Below, in pieces: positions 61,955 to 64,000 of a DNA stretch of 64,000 nucleotides (the first letter of the stretch is position 1; every line of letters starts with the position of its first letter). Origin of the DNA: Scyliorhinus canicula (Eukaryota); assembly GCF_902713615.1 (NCBI RefSeq), contig NC_052160.1, positions 24,639,856 through 24,703,855 on the forward strand. Reading direction: 5' to 3'. Both the position numbers and the translations under genes were made by a program. The notes below the pieces were generated by a model that did no database searches, was not told the origin of the DNA, and saw only the letters and a list, made by a program, of their open reading frames with translations.

Positions 61955-63060
61955 TTTACACGGTGTTTACAGCACAAAAACAAGTTATTCAGCCCGTCTG
62001 GTTCTAAACCAGTCTTTATGCTCCACACGAGAACCCCCCCCCCCCCCCCCCCCCATCCCTTTCCATCACACTCTATCAGCATATCCTTCTATTCCTTTCT
62101 CCTCCACGTGTTTATCCAGCTTCCCCTCCAATGCATCTATGCTATTCGCCTCAACTACTCTTTTTGCAGTAGCAAGTTCCACATTCTCCCCACTCCCTGG
62201 GTCAAAGCCTTTCTCTGGAGTTCTCAAATGGATTTATTAATGACCAATTTATAATTATGGCTCCTAGTTCTGGTGTCCCCCACAAGTACAAACATCTTCT
62301 CAATGTCTCCTCTGTCAAACTCTTTCACAATATTAAAGCTCTCTATTCAGTCACCTTCCAGAGAATAGAGCCCCAGCCAGTTCAATCTTTCCTGATAGGC
62401 AAGACCTATCTTGGCATCATTCTCGTAAATCCTAAATTCTCCAGTGCCTCTATATTCTTTTTCTACTAGAACAGAATTATTGACTACTGAAAAATGAGGT
62501 CTAACCAAAATTCTGCAGAAGAAGCACAACTTTCCTGCTTTTCAATTCTCTACCCCTTGCTTTAAGTCTTATTAATCTGCGTTACTATTTTGACAATTTA
62601 CCTCTATCCTCAGATCCCTCTGTCTCCCCTACACCATTTAAACACAAATTTCAAAGGAGTACCTTTTTACCAAAATGTACTATCTCATACTGATCTACAT
62701 TGAAGGTTATTTGCTGATTACATCCACCCTGCAAGTTTATTCATGTATTCCTGCATTTTGTTTAATCCTCTGTAATAACCTCACCCATTAATTTGGTGTC
62801 ATCCGCAAATTTTGAAATTTCACTTTTGATTCCAGAGTTCAAGTCGTTTCAGTAACTGGTGAATGGCAGTGTTCCCAGCAGGATTCTTTACGAAACATCA
62901 CTTTCCAGCTTTTACCAGTCCAAGTAACTTACCTTTTCCCCCTACACTTAGTTTCCTACTTTGTAACCAACTTGCTATTCATTCTGCTACTTGTGCCATT
63001 ATCACATGCTCTGATCTTGGTCACAAATCTACCCTGCAGTGCTTTATCAAAGGTAGCCTG
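61955..63060 (-). mobile_element. degraded CR1 LINE fragment
   Basis: Reverse-strand KFADDTK (ggtgtcatccgcaaattt) and CR1 3' UTR-like end. Confidence 0.75.
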
Positions 63061-63469
63061 TGAATCGTTTGATCGATTTGTTTCCTTATTGAAATGTTAC
63101 GTGTGGAATTTTTGAGGTTTGGCTCTTGTGATACAAACGCAGGTCTACCAAAGAATGGTACTGTTGTGTCATTTGTTCCCACCTTGCATTTGACTAGATT
63201 TCAAGAATTTGTGAACCAAATCCAAATATTTTCCCGAAGTTTAAATGAAACACTGGGTTCATCTTTTAAAAAATAAAATATTGTTGTTATCTAACCGTGG
63301 TTCTTAATTTCACCATAAGTATCAGCAGGAAGGGGTTGTGGGTTATTCTAGAAAGAGTAACTAAGAAATCAAAGGTTCATGAGATTGCTCAGTGCAGACA
63401 CAGTATTTATGAGAAATTTCATATCGGGTCACCTCCATCCTCTTATTAGATTACAGGCACTAGAACGTT

Positions 63470-63850
63470 CTCCTTCGAGCACAGAAAGACAAGGGGAGGT
63501 ACGATTGGAGATGTTAAAAATTATGACGGGGTTTAATAGAATAAGTAAGAAGAAACTATTTGTGCTACCAGGAGGGTCAGTATCCAGAGATCACAGATTT
63601 AGGATGGCAAAGGAACCAGGGGGAGATGAGATGGCGAGTTCTTTCTTTACTCAGTGAGCTGCTGTGATCGGGATTGCGCTGCCTGAAAGAGTGGTGCAAG
63701 TAGATTCGACAATAACTTTCAAAAGTGAATTGGATAAATCCTTGAAACGAAAATATCTGCACAGCTATGGAGAGGAGTGGGAGTGGGACTAATCAGTAGA
63801 GTAGCTCTTTGAAATAGTAGGCATGAGCATGATAGGCTAAATAGCCCCTT
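63470..63850 (+). mobile_element. CR1 3' fragment
   Basis: EMLKIMTGFNRI..SRDHRF; CR1-type 3' UTR. Confidence 0.7.
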
Positions 63851-63894
63851 TCGATACATCAAAGTCTTGCATGAACACAGTGATACGTACTCAC

Positions 63895-64000
63895 CTTCAA
63901 GTCTCTATGCATAACACCCTTGGAGTGGATAAAACACACTCCCTCAAGCAGCTGGCGAAATATATGAATGGTGCAGTCAGGCTCCACTAAACTAAATGCA
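63895..64000 (-). CDS. EIF2AK1: EIF2AK1 exon ending in HRDLK (probably truncated by the window edge)
   Basis: AFSLVEPDCTIHIFRQLLEGVCFIHSKGVMHRDLK|gtgagt. Confidence 0.92.

Noticed and set aside
1-64000. CRISPR array or prokaryotic defence/RT system
   Set aside because: Intron-containing vertebrate locus; all RT sequences belong to eukaryotic retrotransposons and no repeat-spacer array is present

Overview
Vertebrate genomic DNA, from the repeat landscape almost certainly a shark (cartilaginous fish; catshark-like is a guess). The window holds the conserved four-gene block PMS2-AIMP2-EIF2AK1-ANKRD61. PMS2 (minus strand) has exons 1-12 in the window and its 3' exons lie off the left edge. It sits head-to-head with AIMP2 (plus, 4 exons, 307 aa) across a ~550 bp bidirectional promoter. 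AIMP2 is tail-to-tail with EIF2AK1/HRI (minus, last 5 exons). ANKRD61 (plus, 3 exons, 429 aa) is nested antisense in an EIF2AK1 intron. Exons were traced by hand with GT-AG boundaries and matching phases; one EIF2AK1 exon is cut by the right edge. Introns are dense with retroelements: a Penelope-like element with inverted pLTRs carrying a hammerhead ribozyme, two near-full-length L1-clade LINEs in inverted orientation around PMS2 exons 8-11, a Gmr1-like Gypsy remnant, CR1 fragments and many tRNA-derived SINEs with interchangeable tails. Main leads: a SOCS-box-like C-terminus on ANKRD61; an inverted-L1 clamp that predicts a 1224-nt stop-free PMS2 circRNA or in-frame skip; HRI lacking the mammalian Cys-Pro heme motifs and carrying a duplicated coiled-coil segment. 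Human protein and exon-size comparisons are from memory, not from a search.
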